From positions 64,480,001 to 64,544,000 of the forward strand of contig NC_043001.1 of NCBI RefSeq assembly GCF_006345805.1: 64,000 nt of DNA, read 5' to 3'. Position numbers and translations under genes: made by a program. The notes beneath the pieces are model-generated. The model was not told the origin of the DNA. It did not search any database and was given only the letters and a program-made list of their open reading frames with translations. The stretch's first letter is position 1; each line of letters starts with the position of its first letter. Source of the stretch: Octopus sinensis. Its lineage: Eukaryota. This document shows positions 49,875-63,439 of the stretch, piece by piece.

Positions 49875-51834
49875 CTAGCTGAAGGTGACCCGCTCTACGT
49901 GCGGGTAAGAGTGTGGTTGTTACTTTCTGTTGCTTCCTTTCAGCATGTAAAAAGCACCATCCGAACGTGGCCGATTGCAGTGTCGCCTTAACTGGCTTCT
50001 GTGCCGGTGGCACGTAAAATGCACCAACCGATTGTGGCCGCTGCCAGCCCCCCCTGGCACCTGTGCCGGCGGCACGAAAAAAGCACCCACTATGCTCACA
50101 GAGTGGTTGGCGTTAGGAAGGGCATCCACCTGTAGAAACACTGCCAGATCAGACTGGAGCCTGGTGCAGCCTCCTGGCTTCCCAGACCCCAGTCACACTG
50201 TCCAACCCGTGCTAGCACGGAAAACGGACGTTAAACGACGGATGATGATGATGATTCTCCCTCTTTGTTTCTCTCTCCTTTCTCTCTCACTTTCCCCACT
50301 CTCTTACTCTTCCTTTCTCTCGGACTCTCCCTCGCTTTCTCTTACTCTCTATCTTTATCTATCTCTCTCCCATTTATAAACAACAAAAGATGTTGAGTAA
50401 GTTGAGAAATAAAATATTTAGAAAGATCAATCATAAATATCAGGCAGTAACAACGGAAAGGTCTGCTTCAAGGCAGACAGCAAAATACTAACATTTAAAA
50501 GGGACAGACGAACTTGCGAGCTGAATAAAAATAATAAAATATTGGAAACCAAAGTTTGAAGGGATAGAATGTGAGGATAGTAGAGTCACAATGGCTGGCT
50601 TTTCTTAACGACGGACAGCAACGTTTTGACAGTTTAACGGCTGGCGTAAAATTTTGAACTTGATGTAAAAGAAAATCCCTAAACACCAAGTTTTGAAGTG
50701 ATTCTTTCTCACGACAGTAGACTCACCATGGCAAGCATTCAAAACTTCTTCATCATGGACGGCAACACATTGACGATTAAAAGGCTGGCGCAAATTCTTT
50801 AGCTTGCTGTAACAGAGAATTCCTAAACACCCGCTCCTTTAAATTTTAATCCCCTTCCAGCCCCATTTAGACCCCTTTTCACATTTTGGTTAATATAACC
50901 CGATTTCATTCAGGTGTACTGGGGCCACATTTTATAAGATGAGGAATTTTGTCCTAGAGGACACGCGTTTCATTTGAGGAAAAAAAATAGTTGTCATGCA
51001 AACTTGCTAGCACTTTTAACATAGGTGTGCATATTTTCAGCTCAACTGACCACATAATGCATACATTATATATATATATATGTATATATGTGTGTGTGTG
51101 TGTGTGTTGGAGTCTCTGTCATACGTGAGCGTTGACGCTGAATTCGACTGGTAAGCAGGTAACCTTGTCTTTGTTGAAATAGTTGTGAGCTGCTGGAGTT
51201 ATTTCTCTGACCGGTAATAGGAATTTCCATATCCTCCGAGGAAATGAACTATTGACCCAGACAATTAGAATTAATTTTAATAAAAGCATCAATTTAAGAA
51301 AAAGTAATAAAGTAGTAAAAAATGAAAATTTAGCACGAAAAATTTGCAGGGTTCTAAATAAATGTTAAAATGTAATAGATACAAAAAACGTACATTATCA
51401 CCAGAACACGAACAGGCAGACAATTGAATGCGATGGCGAGATTCATAATATTTGTTGTCACGATTGTGTGTTGGTGGTGGCGATGGTAATTCTCTCTATG
51501 AATGCAGACAGATACATAAAAGAAGGCCGTTTGAGGAAGTGAAATTGATGGGAATGTAGGAAATAGAGTGAGTGAAAAAGTGCTGGGAAGAGAGGAAATA
51601 GCAAGATAAATAGTGAGAAAGACAGATACATTAAAGAACGGGAGTGGACTTGTCAAAGTGGGTTTTTGGCCCTAGCAACGACACCTTTTAAAATAGGGAT
51701 TTTTTAGGATAGCCCACGGGCATCGTCACCTCATTTTACATGTCCCTGTAAATTTTGGAGTCAATTGGACGGGATGTAGTGGCCTTGAAAGCGATCTAAG
51801 CGGTGGAAACGCATTTCAGTTTTATATATAGAGA
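49875..51834 (-). mobile_element. Non-autonomous Helitron copy B carrying an RTE 3' tail (about 49935-50255, +)
   Basis: Same termini as 25065-26407; A|T insertion site at the 5' end. Confidence 0.8.
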
Positions 51835-54514
51835 TATATTTTTTAAAAAAAGAGAGATATAAGAATTAATATCTATCGTAACTTATATCTATCAATATAT
51901 ATATATAAAAAGATATAATAGCGAGAATAATATGTTAATGGAAAGTAAGAAAACCTTTCAACCCTAAAATTAAAGAAAGGTGCAAAAATATTAGAATCAA
52001 AGAACAATACACTAAGAAGATATACAAGCACAATCACCAGTCCTATAACAATATAATAAATATAAAGCCAGTCGATAACAATAACAATAATAACAACAAT
52101 CAAACTCAAAATAATAACAAGATCTAACCAATATTGATAAACAAACTAAATTACTAAGTTCAACGATTAAGTTAATCTATCTGGATTTTAAATTTATTAA
52201 TATGTTTTAGCGTCTAATTAATATACTCAATACAATTCCTCTTCATGAATAATACAATCAAAAATTTGAAATAGTACAAGTATACTCAAATCCATTATAT
52301 AAACTAGTTATATTAATATCCATGTATAATATCTATAGATTTAATATATCACATGATAAAAAATTTAAGCATAAACTTTATATTAAAATAAAAACTAGTT
52401 TATTTAAAAATAATACTATTTAATGAAAATATTATCTAATTATTAAAAGAAATATAGTCTAACAATATTAATTTTCAAATTAAATAATATGTAAAACGTT
52501 AAAATCTTGTATAATAATTAAAGGATAACATATCCAATATCGAACATAAAAAATACTATCAAGAAACTCTAAATAAATAATAATATTACAACAACAATAA
52601 TAATAATATTTCAAAAACACAACGAAATAGAGAAACGATAAAATGTCAAACTTAGCTTTGTGAAGTGAAAGAGTAACTGATTTTTAAAGTAAAATAGTTA
52701 AAGCGTTTATAAAATTTATCGCGGTTAGACTTAGTGCAAAGAAATCAAATAAATACTCAATGAAAATGGCAAAATTTTTTTATCAACGAAAAATACGAAA
52801 AAACGAAAAAACATTAAAACCTCATGAACTAAAGAAATATGAGAAAAAAAACACAACTTATGGAGAAATTAATATGAAGACACCCAACTAAAATTAACAG
52901 ACACCTATTAATATATCAATAACAAATTTAATCACAGCTAAGCATTAATCCCAAAATAATACAAAATAATACAAAATCCAAACGAAAAGGAGAAAAGAAC
53001 GTTGCTAAGTTAGTTGAGAAGAATCACTAGAATATAAATGTAAATAATAGTAAGAAAACCTATCAACCCCAAAATTAAAGAAAGGTGCAAAAATATTAGA
53101 ACCAAAGAACAATACACTAAGAAGATGTACAATCACAATCACCAGTCCTATACAAAGCCAGTCAATAACAATAACAATAATAAATTATAAATAAATGATA
53201 ATATTACAACAACAATAATAATATTTCAAAAACAACGAAATAGAGAAACGATAAAATGTTTTTGCAATTTACTTAATCATTGACATTTTATTGTTATTTT
53301 AATTTGAATATTTCTATTATATGTAATTTTCTAGATGGTGTAATCTAATTGTTCATTTTGAATTGATAAAAGGTGGGTTTTTTTTCTAATTTTTTATATA
53401 TATATTATGAGAAATATATATATATATATGAAGCAGGTAAATGGATATGTAGGTAAACAGATAAATACATAGGTAAGTCAACACATTCATACATGCATAC
53501 ATACATATGTGCAGAGACTTGCATACTAGTGCACATACATGTGCACAAACAGACAAAAGGAATACAGCTCTAATAACGGACAGTCAACATCCACTGACAA
53601 GATTGCAAAAGCAATGAAAATGTTGGAAAAGAGAAAAATATAAATGATAAATAACTGGAAATTGAATGTCTTAGATATTAAGGCAGTATAAACCCCCCCC
53701 CCCTGACACAACAAAATAATACAACTAGATTGCTTAATATGGGATATTTATGCCTGTCCTTTGCAGATGACATTGCTTGGCTTAATGACTTCCTTAGGAT
53801 ATTAATGCCTATAACTATCCTTATTACAACCTTATTACATTACCCACTCTCCTAGATTGGCAGGCTGGAGACACACCCTCTAGAATTTTCTTAAATATTA
53901 GTAATTCTGATAGAAATTTCACTCGTTGATTAATCAACAAGTCATCATTCACCTGCTTATTTGGTGGCCTGATGAGTTGGGAGTTATATAACATCAATTG
54001 TATTATATAATCAATCAATTGTATTATGCTTATGGCACAAAAATTTCTAATGAAACAATTGTAGCAATATCAGATAACCCATTTGTCTATTTTGTGTGTG
54101 TGTGTAATGAAATGTTACCGCTAAGCAGTGCTTAGACATAAACAGAATTTAGGTTAGTTATAATATATTTGTGACATATTTCAACTGCTAAAAGGCAAAT
54201 ACACTGTAGTTACCATAAAGAATATGTCTCTCTTATGGTAAAAAGGTATGAAAACATCTGGTTCATTCGGAATCCTAGACATTTATGTTTCAAGCCTCTT
54301 GGCTTTTGTCACATATATAAGTGGAAATGGATATGCTAGCTGTGTGACAAAGGTTGTGGCTTTTGATAGTATCCATGTTACTTGACCCAGTGAAGTTCAA
54401 ACAATTTTATAGCAGGTTTATTCTTTTGTATAAAGAACACAGCTAGTATGAGGGAAAAACATGAAATATGAAGTTGGTATTTCTTTATTTCATATGTAAT
54501 GCACATTTCTGTGA

Positions 54515-55186
54515 GATCTTTACCTTTTGACCTGCAGATTTAAAAGATAATTTTATGTAACTAAACACTTTCAAACTTTGGACACTGGTAGAATGTGTCA
54601 TATAAAACATCTTTTACTCTTAGCATTTTTGAGAAAAAGTTGAGAACTTTTTGTTAAAGTTCTCGTATTTCGGTAATTTCAACCAATCAATGACGTGTAT
54701 TCAACTGAATAAAATTACTTTTGTCAACAACAACTATCAGCAGTGTATTTTTCATTTGTCACTGTTATTTATGACATTGTTCATGTGTTTGTACTGGTTT
54801 TAAGATTTTAAAGTTAGGGTTTTAGGGTTAGGGTTAGAGTTTTAGGGTTAGGGTGTTAGGGTTAGGGTTAGTGTTTTAGGGTTAGGGTTAAGGTTTTAGG
54901 GTTATGGTTGTTATAAATAACAGTGACAAATGAAATATACACTGCCAGAAGTTCTTGTTGACAAACAACAGCAGTAATTTTATTCAGCTGAATACACGTC
55001 ATTGATTGGTTGAAATTACTGAAATACGAGAACTTTAACATGAAATAACTTTGTAAATATAAGTTTTTCTCAAAAATGCTAAAAGTAAAGATGTTTTATA
55101 TGACACATTCTACCAGTGTCCAAAGTTTGAAAGTGTTTTGTTACAAAAAATTATTTTTTAAATCTGTAGGTCAAAAGGTAAAGATC
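54515..55186. mobile_element. Foldback/MITE element, about 270-bp inverted arms enclosing telomeric repeats
   Basis: Ends gatctttaccttttgacc / ggtcaaaaggtaaagatc; arms about 54515-54777 and 54910-55186. Confidence 0.9.
54814..54908 (+). repeat. Interstitial telomeric (TTAGGG)n with TTTTAGGG and other variants
   Basis: ttagggttttagggttagggttagagttttagggttagggtgttagggttagggtt... Confidence 0.9.
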
Positions 55187-55569
55187 CTTTCTGTGTTCAA
55201 GTATACTGATCTCATCATCAGACAGGAATCAGAATACAATTAGATTAAGTCAAGCTACATATATAAGCCTTAAAATAGCTGATTCATAAAAAGGCACACA
55301 CACGCACACAAACACACATACACTTAGATATAAGTGCATACCTGTGTCCACTCACAACTGTATATATACATATATATACTCTCATTCTGATCTAACTTGT
55401 CATTTAATGCTCGAAATGAAGAGTAGATAGACAGCTGACAACTGATGAAAGGTCATTCTTTGTGTTACTACTGTTTTCCATTTGTTTCTCTCATTGTTTG
55501 CATATTGAACTCATTTGTTTTCGTATTTCATGTTGTTTACTGTTGGTGATGGTCTGTACCCATATATGC

Positions 55570-55635
<66 letters not shown>

Positions 55636-55806
55636 CTAAATAATTTGCTTTACCACATACCGAAGTTTATGTGGTAAAGCAAATCTTTGCTGAACCCTAA
55701 TTATTTAGTATTACTTAAGTTTACCATGAAATGGTCCTTTTTTCATGCCGAATTCTACTTGGTGAAATTATTGATTACTTCTTAATTAATTAATTTTACC
55801 CTTTGT

Positions 55807-55849
<43 letters not shown>

Positions 55850-55859
<10 letters not shown>

Positions 55860-56040
55860 ATCCAAACATGAAAACACAACAATGCGAGGACGTGGAACAA
55901 GTATAGTGTTATTGGACGCTCAGGAAAGAAGGAGGGTTTAACGTTTTGAGCAGAGCTCTTCGTCAGAAACATAGGAAAAGGAAAGATCCAAAGAAGGGAA
56001 GATGGAGGGAAAAAATCGCCAACGGTACACACACGGTCAT
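55850..56040 (-). mobile_element. Short pLTR-like repeat with single-mutation hammerhead, between (TA)n tracts
   Basis: Minus strand 55936-55970: gttt-CTGACGA-a-gagc(tct)gctc-AAAA-cg-tt-aaac. Confidence 0.65.
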
Positions 56041-56663
56041 ATATATACAGGGAAAGTAAGAAGAAAAAGTGAAATGGCGCTTTGAATATCAAAAAAATAA
56101 AGGCTTTTTTTATGAAAAGTAGCAATAAATAAATACAATTAGATGAAATGAGTAGAATTAAGAGGAATTAAATTCATTATTTTGAATTGTTAAAGAGATT
56201 CAATGTCGAACATGTATTGTCATTGCTGTTCACTGGCTTTGAATGCACACTGATTATCAAACAGTGTCGGGTCTACTAGTCCCTGAGTAAAAAGATTGTG
56301 TAAGGGAGGCAAGTAGACATAGTGCAATTAGGATCAATATAATACTATAATATGAATGGTGTAAGGAATGTATAGGTGTTAGTGGTATTATTGGTAAGGT
56401 TGGTAGTGTTTTGTATTATGTTGTGTTCATGTTAAGTTGTGGATGATATTTATTGATAAAAGTTGCTTCTTTATTCATTCTTTGCTGTACTGAAGTATTC
56501 TGTGAACATTGATAGAAGGGGAAAATTAGGAAATTAGGATTAAGGTTCCTAGCAAACCTATCTATGTGTTCATTGACCTGTATCTGTCTGTATTGTGGGT
56601 GGTAGATTTGTTCTTCGACAGAGTGATATTCTTGTTTGGCCAATATATTGATTACTGCACCCT

Positions 56664-57686
56664 GGGATACCAGACAAAATCATTTCTGCTATCAAGGTCC
56701 TCTACACAGATACGTCTTCAACCATCTTAACCCCTGATGGAGAAACATCATCTTTCTCAATCAAAGCCGGAATACTGCAGGGAGACACACTCGCCCCATT
56801 TCTTTTCATCATTGTTGTTGATTATGTGCTACGTATGTCAGTTGATACCATCTCTGGCAAGGGCTTTGAAATAAAACCAAGAAGTTCCAGACACCCAGCT
56901 GAGTACTTGACAGACACTGACTTTGCTGACGACATCGCTCTTATCAGTGATTCTCTCTCCAATGCCCAGTCTCTTTTACAATCTCTTGAACAAGCCTCAA
57001 ATTGTATAGGTCTTTACCTCAATGAGGCCAAAACTGAATACATAAACAAGTGCCTGTCCAACAGTGACTGCATCATCCATACTCTCAACAATGCGCCCAT
57101 AAATATGGTTTCTGATTATAAATATCTTCGGTCATACATATCATCATCTGGAAAAGACTTTCTAACTAGAAAGGGTATGGCCTGGTCAGCCTGTAATGAC
57201 ATGCATAAGATCTGGTCATCAAATCTAAGTAGAGACTTCAAACTTGAAATCTTCAAAGCCACAGTCGAACCAATTCTACTATATGGCTCAGAAATCTGGA
57301 CGTTATCAAAGAAGCTTGAGAGGTGGTTGGATGGAACCTACACTCGCCTCCTTATGAGAGCTCAAAATCTCTCGTGGAAGCGCCATCCAACCAAAATGCA
57401 AATATATGGGAAACTACCACCTGTGTCATCTCTTGTGAAAGGTAGGAGAGTCCAGTTTGCTGGACATTGTTGTAGAGCTGAAAAAGAAGTAATTTCTACT
57501 CTTCTCCTCTGGAAGCTATCTACTCGCAATACCAGAGGGCGCACACTCTCCTACCCTGATGTAATCTCCAGGGATACAGGCGTCCAGCAACAGGACCTCC
57601 ATAATGCCATGATGGACCGTGAAGTCTGGCATAGCATGGTGAATTCCATTGTCTCGACCACGGTCGAACAATGATGATGATGATGA
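56664..57686 (+). mobile_element. Young 5'-truncated RTE-like LINE (uninterrupted RT C-terminal frame)
   Basis: Open frame 56664-57674 GIPDKII...GILQGDTLAPFLF...DFADDIAL...YKYLRS...ILLYGSEIW; (TGA)n tail; 8-bp TSD tgcaccct at 56656-56663 and 57687-57694. Confidence 0.92.
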
Positions 57687-58509
57687 TGCACCCTAAGCAG
57701 GTAATGGCATAGATTAGGTTTTCCAAGGCCCAAGTGAAATTTGATTTAATCTTAAATATTTCACCTTGTTTAAAGTGGAACTCTGTACCATCTAAAAGGT
57801 GGGGGCATGTGCCACAGTTAGACCAACGACATTTTTTTCACTTTTGGTTCTTTTGTTAATGGATATAGTCTTGCGTTGGTTAATATTTTTTTCAATGATT
57901 TCAGTTGCATTTTGCTCTTCATAATTTTGAGTGAGCCTAAAATTTTGTTCATTGTTTTATCTCCTGTGAGAATGGGTAGATTTTGAGTGATAATGTTGAA
58001 GGCTTTGTTGTCTCTAGGGTTACGTGTGGAGATGTATAGGAGTATTTTTAAGTCTGGTGTAGTATTTTGGTTGACTTCCCTTAGTGTTTGTATTTCCTTT
58101 GCTCGTTTAATCCCATCATTTATTAATGATGTTGGGTAATGTCTCTTGATTAGTACTGATCTGAGTTCAAGGAGTCTTTGTTCATGAGTATTGGTGTCTG
58201 AAACTGTGGTACAGATTCTTTTCGCTAGATTATAAGGTATATTAATTTTTATGTGTTTGGGGTGGCATGAGTTGAGTAATCGGTAGTTTTGAATCTGTGG
58301 GTTTATAGAAGATGTCTGTTTCGATGTGGTTATTGACTATTTTAATTAGGATGTCAAGAAAAGGAAGTTGTTTATTGCTGTGTTTCATGGTAAATTGTAT
58401 GTTGCTATTGATATTGTTCAGCATTATTTTGAAATCGAGGAGTTTGTCCATGCTGTCTTTCCAAAGTATGAAGCAATCATACTTCTTCCAGTTCTCCTTT
58501 AAATAGCAA

Positions 58510-58873
58510 CTAGCACTATGACCCAGCAATGCCAGGTCATAGTGCTAGTGCATACATATACAGCTGTGTGCGTGCACACATACATGCGAGTACTGTCCAA
58601 ATCTCCAACCAATCTCATACTGCTAGCTGGCATCCAATTGGCGTATCAAGTTTTGGGCATTTTGATTGGGTTTTGGATAGAAAATTCACAAAAAAATCAC
58701 TCCTATTGATTTTTTAATGGCTTTGCGGGATGACTGGGGAAATGTAAAGATGTGCACGACCACCCTTGGATGGTTTTGAATGACCATAGAAAGTGCGAGC
58801 CCTCTAACTGAAAAGTTGTGAATTTGTATAAAGGACACACACACACACATTTTGCCGTTTATATATATAGAGA
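58510..58873 (-). mobile_element. Non-autonomous Helitron (364 bp) inserted in the Penelope RT
   Basis: 5' TC, 3' palindrome actagcactatgacc...ggtcatagtgCTAG, A|T site, no TSD. Confidence 0.85.
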
Positions 58874-61137
58874 TGAATTGAGGTGCCATATTTTTGTAGT
58901 GATAATTGGTATATTTTAAGCTCTAGGTAACCTATTACAAGATTCATGATCACTGGGGCAGCTTGGGTTCCCATTGTAATTCCACATTTTTGTCAATAGT
59001 AGACTGTATTGAACATGAAATAGTTGCTCAGTAGGATGAATTTCAGTGCTGCAATTATGACTCTGTGGTTGATGCATCCTGGGATCTCTTCTGGGTATTT
59101 TTCTAGCCAAAAGGTGATTGCTTCTATGCCATAATCGTGTGGGATATTGGTGTGCAGGTTTACCACATCGAATGATACTAACAGGGTTCCTTCATTTATT
59201 CTCTTTGGGAGGTGGTTAAGCATGTCTAAGTCATCCCCGATGAAGCTTTTCACATATTGTAGAAATGGTTTGTGTAAGATGTCGAGGAAATTGCTCAAAC
59301 AGTGAGTTTTACAATCAGGGCCAGCAATGATCGGTCTTAGTTTGAGGTCAGTAGGAGGAGGAACATTAATGCATAGGCTTGGAGAATCTTTGCAAGCTTT
59401 AGAAATATGTAGATATTTGTGTTTTTTAGGTAATCTGTAGAATAGACTTGGTCTGTATTTAAAATTGGATAAATAGTCAATTTCTTTTTTAGTGAGGCCC
59501 TTTCCATGTATTTGAAGTAAGGAGGATAAATTTTTAAGTGTCTTCTGTGGGTTGTATTGTACTATCTTCTCATAGTAAATATTGTTTTCCAGCATGGAGA
59601 GTATTAAATTTTTGTAGTACTCTGTGTCCATCACTACTACTGCTCTTCCTTTATCAGCTTCTTTAATGGTCAGGTTTGTATCGTTTTTTAACTCAATTAG
59701 GTTTTTCCACTCATTTGTGTTAAGGTTGGATTTAATTCCTTGTTTTTGTAGGGTATTGAAAGGAAAATTGGTAATGTGTTCAGAAAAATCATCAAGTGCT
59801 TTATTTCTCCCCTTTGTAAGACAGTATTTGGTTTTATTTTTTTTCTATTGAATCATCTTCGCTGATATAGTTGTGGAATGCTTCTGTGAGGTGCAAGTTG
59901 CAACAAAAATCCATAGTGTTATCCTTAATTTCATTTGGGTTCGATCTGTGAGGGGTTGGTGTAAACTTTAAACCTCTCACTAGAATTGTAGTTTGTGTAG
60001 TACTTAGGACTTTCTTTGATAAGTTGATTATTTTTGGTTGTTCTTGTACATTTTGTTCCATTTCACATCTCTGTTTCTCTGATTTAGGTCTAAAAAATGG
60101 TTGTAGTAGGTGGATTCTCGTGAGAAGTCTGTATTGTGTTTGGTTTGGTGAGGAGAAAATGGGATGTAGTGTGTCTGTGGTAGTATGTTTATGGTGGGGT
60201 GACTGTGTACTGAGGGTTGTTATATTGTCTATGGTTGATGTGGTTTGGATTAAATTTATTTTTCATTTTGTAATGTGCGTGGAGGGAGAAGTTATGTTGT
60301 CTAGTTAGGTTGTGTGTCTAGTTGAATGCTTTAAGTATCTATATTGAGGGTTAAGTCTGAGAGGCAAATTTTTCCAGATGTTGGGGGTAGACTGGTAGGT
60401 AGTGGTTCCCGAAAGTTTAGGTTAGTCTGGAGACTTGGATGGATCTTTTGATTTGTATGTAGGGGTCCTTGAAAATTACGTCCGGATTTTCTATTACGAG
60501 CTGAATTCCTGTTTGTTGTTTGAATGTTATTTTGGGGTATAAGGGAGGTTAGGTTGGTGGAGTTGTGTCCCCTAGATTTCTGTGGCTTGAGTTAGATAAA
60601 TGTGGGGTCATTTCTGCGTGTAGTTTCTATTTTCAACCATATTTCTATGATATATATATATTATTTATATTATTATACATACATACATACACTTATGCAT
60701 GCACATATTGAATACAAAATTATAAATTATGAACCTCCTTGTGGCCAAGCATAATTAATGGACAGTACCAGACAGTCATCCAGTATGATTGACATGAACA
60801 GTATTGCTAGATCCATTTCACACTGGGTATGCAAAAAATTTACATCTAACTAGGCAGAATGACAAGGGTAAAAACAAACCACTTGGCTTCAGGAAAACTG
60901 GAATAAAACCTGAGGAAAGTATGATTTTATCAAAACCTTTTGCTGGAAGACTTCTAGAGTTATATCTCTTATTGTGGATTAAAAAGAGGTAAAGTCATAT
61001 AGTAAGGTAAGGTAGATTAGTAAAAGACAAAAACTGTCTGTAACTATGTTTTATATGCATACAAATAAATGAGAAGGAAGGAGGGAAAGACAGTGAATGG
61101 GAGACAAGTAGAGAGAGAGCAACAGAAGTGTGAAGGA

Positions 61138-62090
61138 TACAAGGGTCAACTGAAAAGTTCATAGGCTGACCAAGAGACTCTGATGGAATGTGACCAAATG
61201 AGGTATATTTTTCAACATAGTCCCCTTGCAGTCCACACACTTGCAGTGCTTGGATCCCATTGGTGAAGAAGCTTTCATTCTGTTGCTCAAAAATAGTAAT
61301 CAACAGTAGACATGATGACATCATCACTGTGATACTGATTCCCAGTCAAGTAATTTTTCATGTTGGTGAACAGATGAGGGTTGTTTCCACTGCATGGATT
61401 GTCGCTTTGTCTTTGGCTCAAAGTGATGGACCCAACACCCATCCTGAGTTAATAAATGTTCAAAGAAACCAATTGGATCTGCCTCAAACAATGTCAGATT
61501 TTCCTGGGATATGATCAGCTTGGCGCACTTTTGATCAGGTGTCAGAAGATGTGACACCCACCAAGCAGAAACCTTCATCATGCCAAGTTCATTGTGCAGA
61601 ATATTCTCCATTCTTTCATAGGATATGTTAATAGTATTGGCTATTTGATTTATTGTCAATCATCTGTCATCTATCATCATGTGGTGAACATAATCAATGT
61701 TTTCTTCAGTGGTGGCAGTTGCAGTATGTCCAGACCTTGGGTCATCTTGAAGATTCTTTCCCTCTTAAATTCAGTTACCTACTTTCACAGTTGATAAAGC
61801 TGGTGTACCATCCCTTAATGTAGCAACCATATCAGCATAAATGCCATTTGGGACTAAACCCTTTTTCCGCAGGTACTTGATGATTTCCCGATGCCAAATT
61901 TTGTTGATTTTCAAGAGAAGTTGCTACTAGTTACTTTTAAAGTGTTCTTTGAATAGTCAGATATCAGTTTACCTGAAAAGAAACAATGCAATTATTAATA
62001 AGAATAGCTGAAATTAATGCATGCAAGATTTCACAGCTCTAGCGTCACTCCTTCATAGTCAGCCTATAAACTTTTCAGCACACTCTTGTA
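61138..62090 (-). mobile_element. Internally deleted mariner transposon
   Basis: TIRs tacaagggtcaactgaaaagttcataggctgac / gtcagcctataaacttttcagcacactcttgta with TA ends; ORF KVSAWWVSHLL...TQDGCWVHHFEP. Confidence 0.9.
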
Positions 62091-63064
62091 CTTAAAATGT
62101 CCATTATGTTAGAAGAGAGTAAATCTCATATAAAAGCAATTACTAGTCTGCTATTTGGAGACACTTGACTTGTTTCTGAGAACATATTTATGCTCATAGG
62201 TCATAAAAACACTTATTTTGTGGTTAAAGGAGACCTCCAGATGATGAAAACCAACATCTTTACAAAGCAGAGGCCTTCATCTCCTGCTGTTGTTAAGATA
62301 TGGCCTGCATCTTTCACTCAGCCTCCAGTTGAAATCAAACATCACATATGCCAAGATTTAACCTTTCCTGGATTCACAGAAGACCTATAGCTGTTCAGTC
62401 ACATCTTGACAAGGTTTTCTATTGTTCTTACATATCACTGTACTTGCATCATCCCTCAGAGGTCATTGGCTACAACCTCCACTCCCTATATAACTGTCTC
62501 TGCATTATATTGGCTATTAAGTGAGCAAGTGTTATTATCTCTTCAAAGCTTGTAAACATCTATTTAGGAGGATTAATAGTAGCAAAAGAGAGCCTCCCAT
62601 CTCTCTCTATGATGCAACAATCATGGTAGGGGCAGAGCTAGGCTTGCCCCATTGTGGATTTTTATCCCTCTGTATTGAGGTAACTGTTGTGTAAGGTACT
62701 CATGTTTGCTAAAAACTATGGATATTAGTGAAAGGGATATAATACTTGCCAGCAGATCAGCTTTTTTGACAGTACCAGCAAAGACCATTAAGGTTGTATT
62801 GTCTAAACACCCTATATAGAAAATTCTGTTTGGCCTATATAGAGATGACTCCTTGGCCATATCTAAAGGTGCAAATGGACACACCCTAGATTGAATCAGA
62901 AAAGGTCCATACTCTCAAAGCACTAGGTCTTATATAGCCTTCTGCAAGCCAAATGACAAGCTGAGTTACAGTATTTTCCTGCTACAACCCTAATTATTTA
63001 AAAACCTCATGCAAAATGTAACTAAGAGAATTTTCAAATCCTCCAGTAAGCATATTCTTTTATT

Positions 63065-63439
63065 CTTTTGCTTCTTTCAGTCATTTGACTGTAACAATGC
63101 TGAAGCACCACTTTTTAGTCAAAGAAATTGACCCCTGTGCTCATTCTTTGTAAGCCTGGTGCTTATTCTATAAGTCCCTTCTGCAAAACTGCCAAGTTAT
63201 GGGTATGTAAACACACCTACATCAGTTGGTAAGCGAAGGTAGGGGGTGCACAGACACATAAACATATATGTATATTTGATGGACTTCTTTCAATTTCCAT
63301 TTATCAAATCCACTCATAAGGCTTTGGTTGGCCTGAAGCTATAGTAGAAGACACTTGCACTAAGTGTCATGCAGCAGGACTAAACCCAGAACCATGTGGA
63401 TGGGAAACAAGCTTCTTACCACACTGCTATGCCTGTGCT
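63065..63439 (-). mobile_element. Octopus-type SINE, diverged
   Basis: Same head and tail as 35965-36417 with many substitutions. Confidence 0.8.

Larger units (their letters stand above)
56200..60650 (-). mobile_element. Degenerate Penelope-like retroelement (Neptune-like), with nested RTE and Helitron
   Basis: IINLSKK...GLKFTPTP; FYRLPKKHK, LRPIIAG, LVSFDVVNLHTNIP; QFTM...LPFLDI; thumb; Cys linker NCGTCPH; GIY-YIG NLIYAITCLGC|SNQYIGQT split by the RTE. Confidence 0.9.

Noticed and set aside
55437-55475. gacaa-CTGATGA-aagg...cttt hammerhead-like motif
   Set aside because: GAAA and the 3' side of stem I are missing.
62150-62900. Possible coding region (ORF 62621-62884)
   Set aside because: No recognisable domain; probably an old retroelement relic, not supportable by eye.
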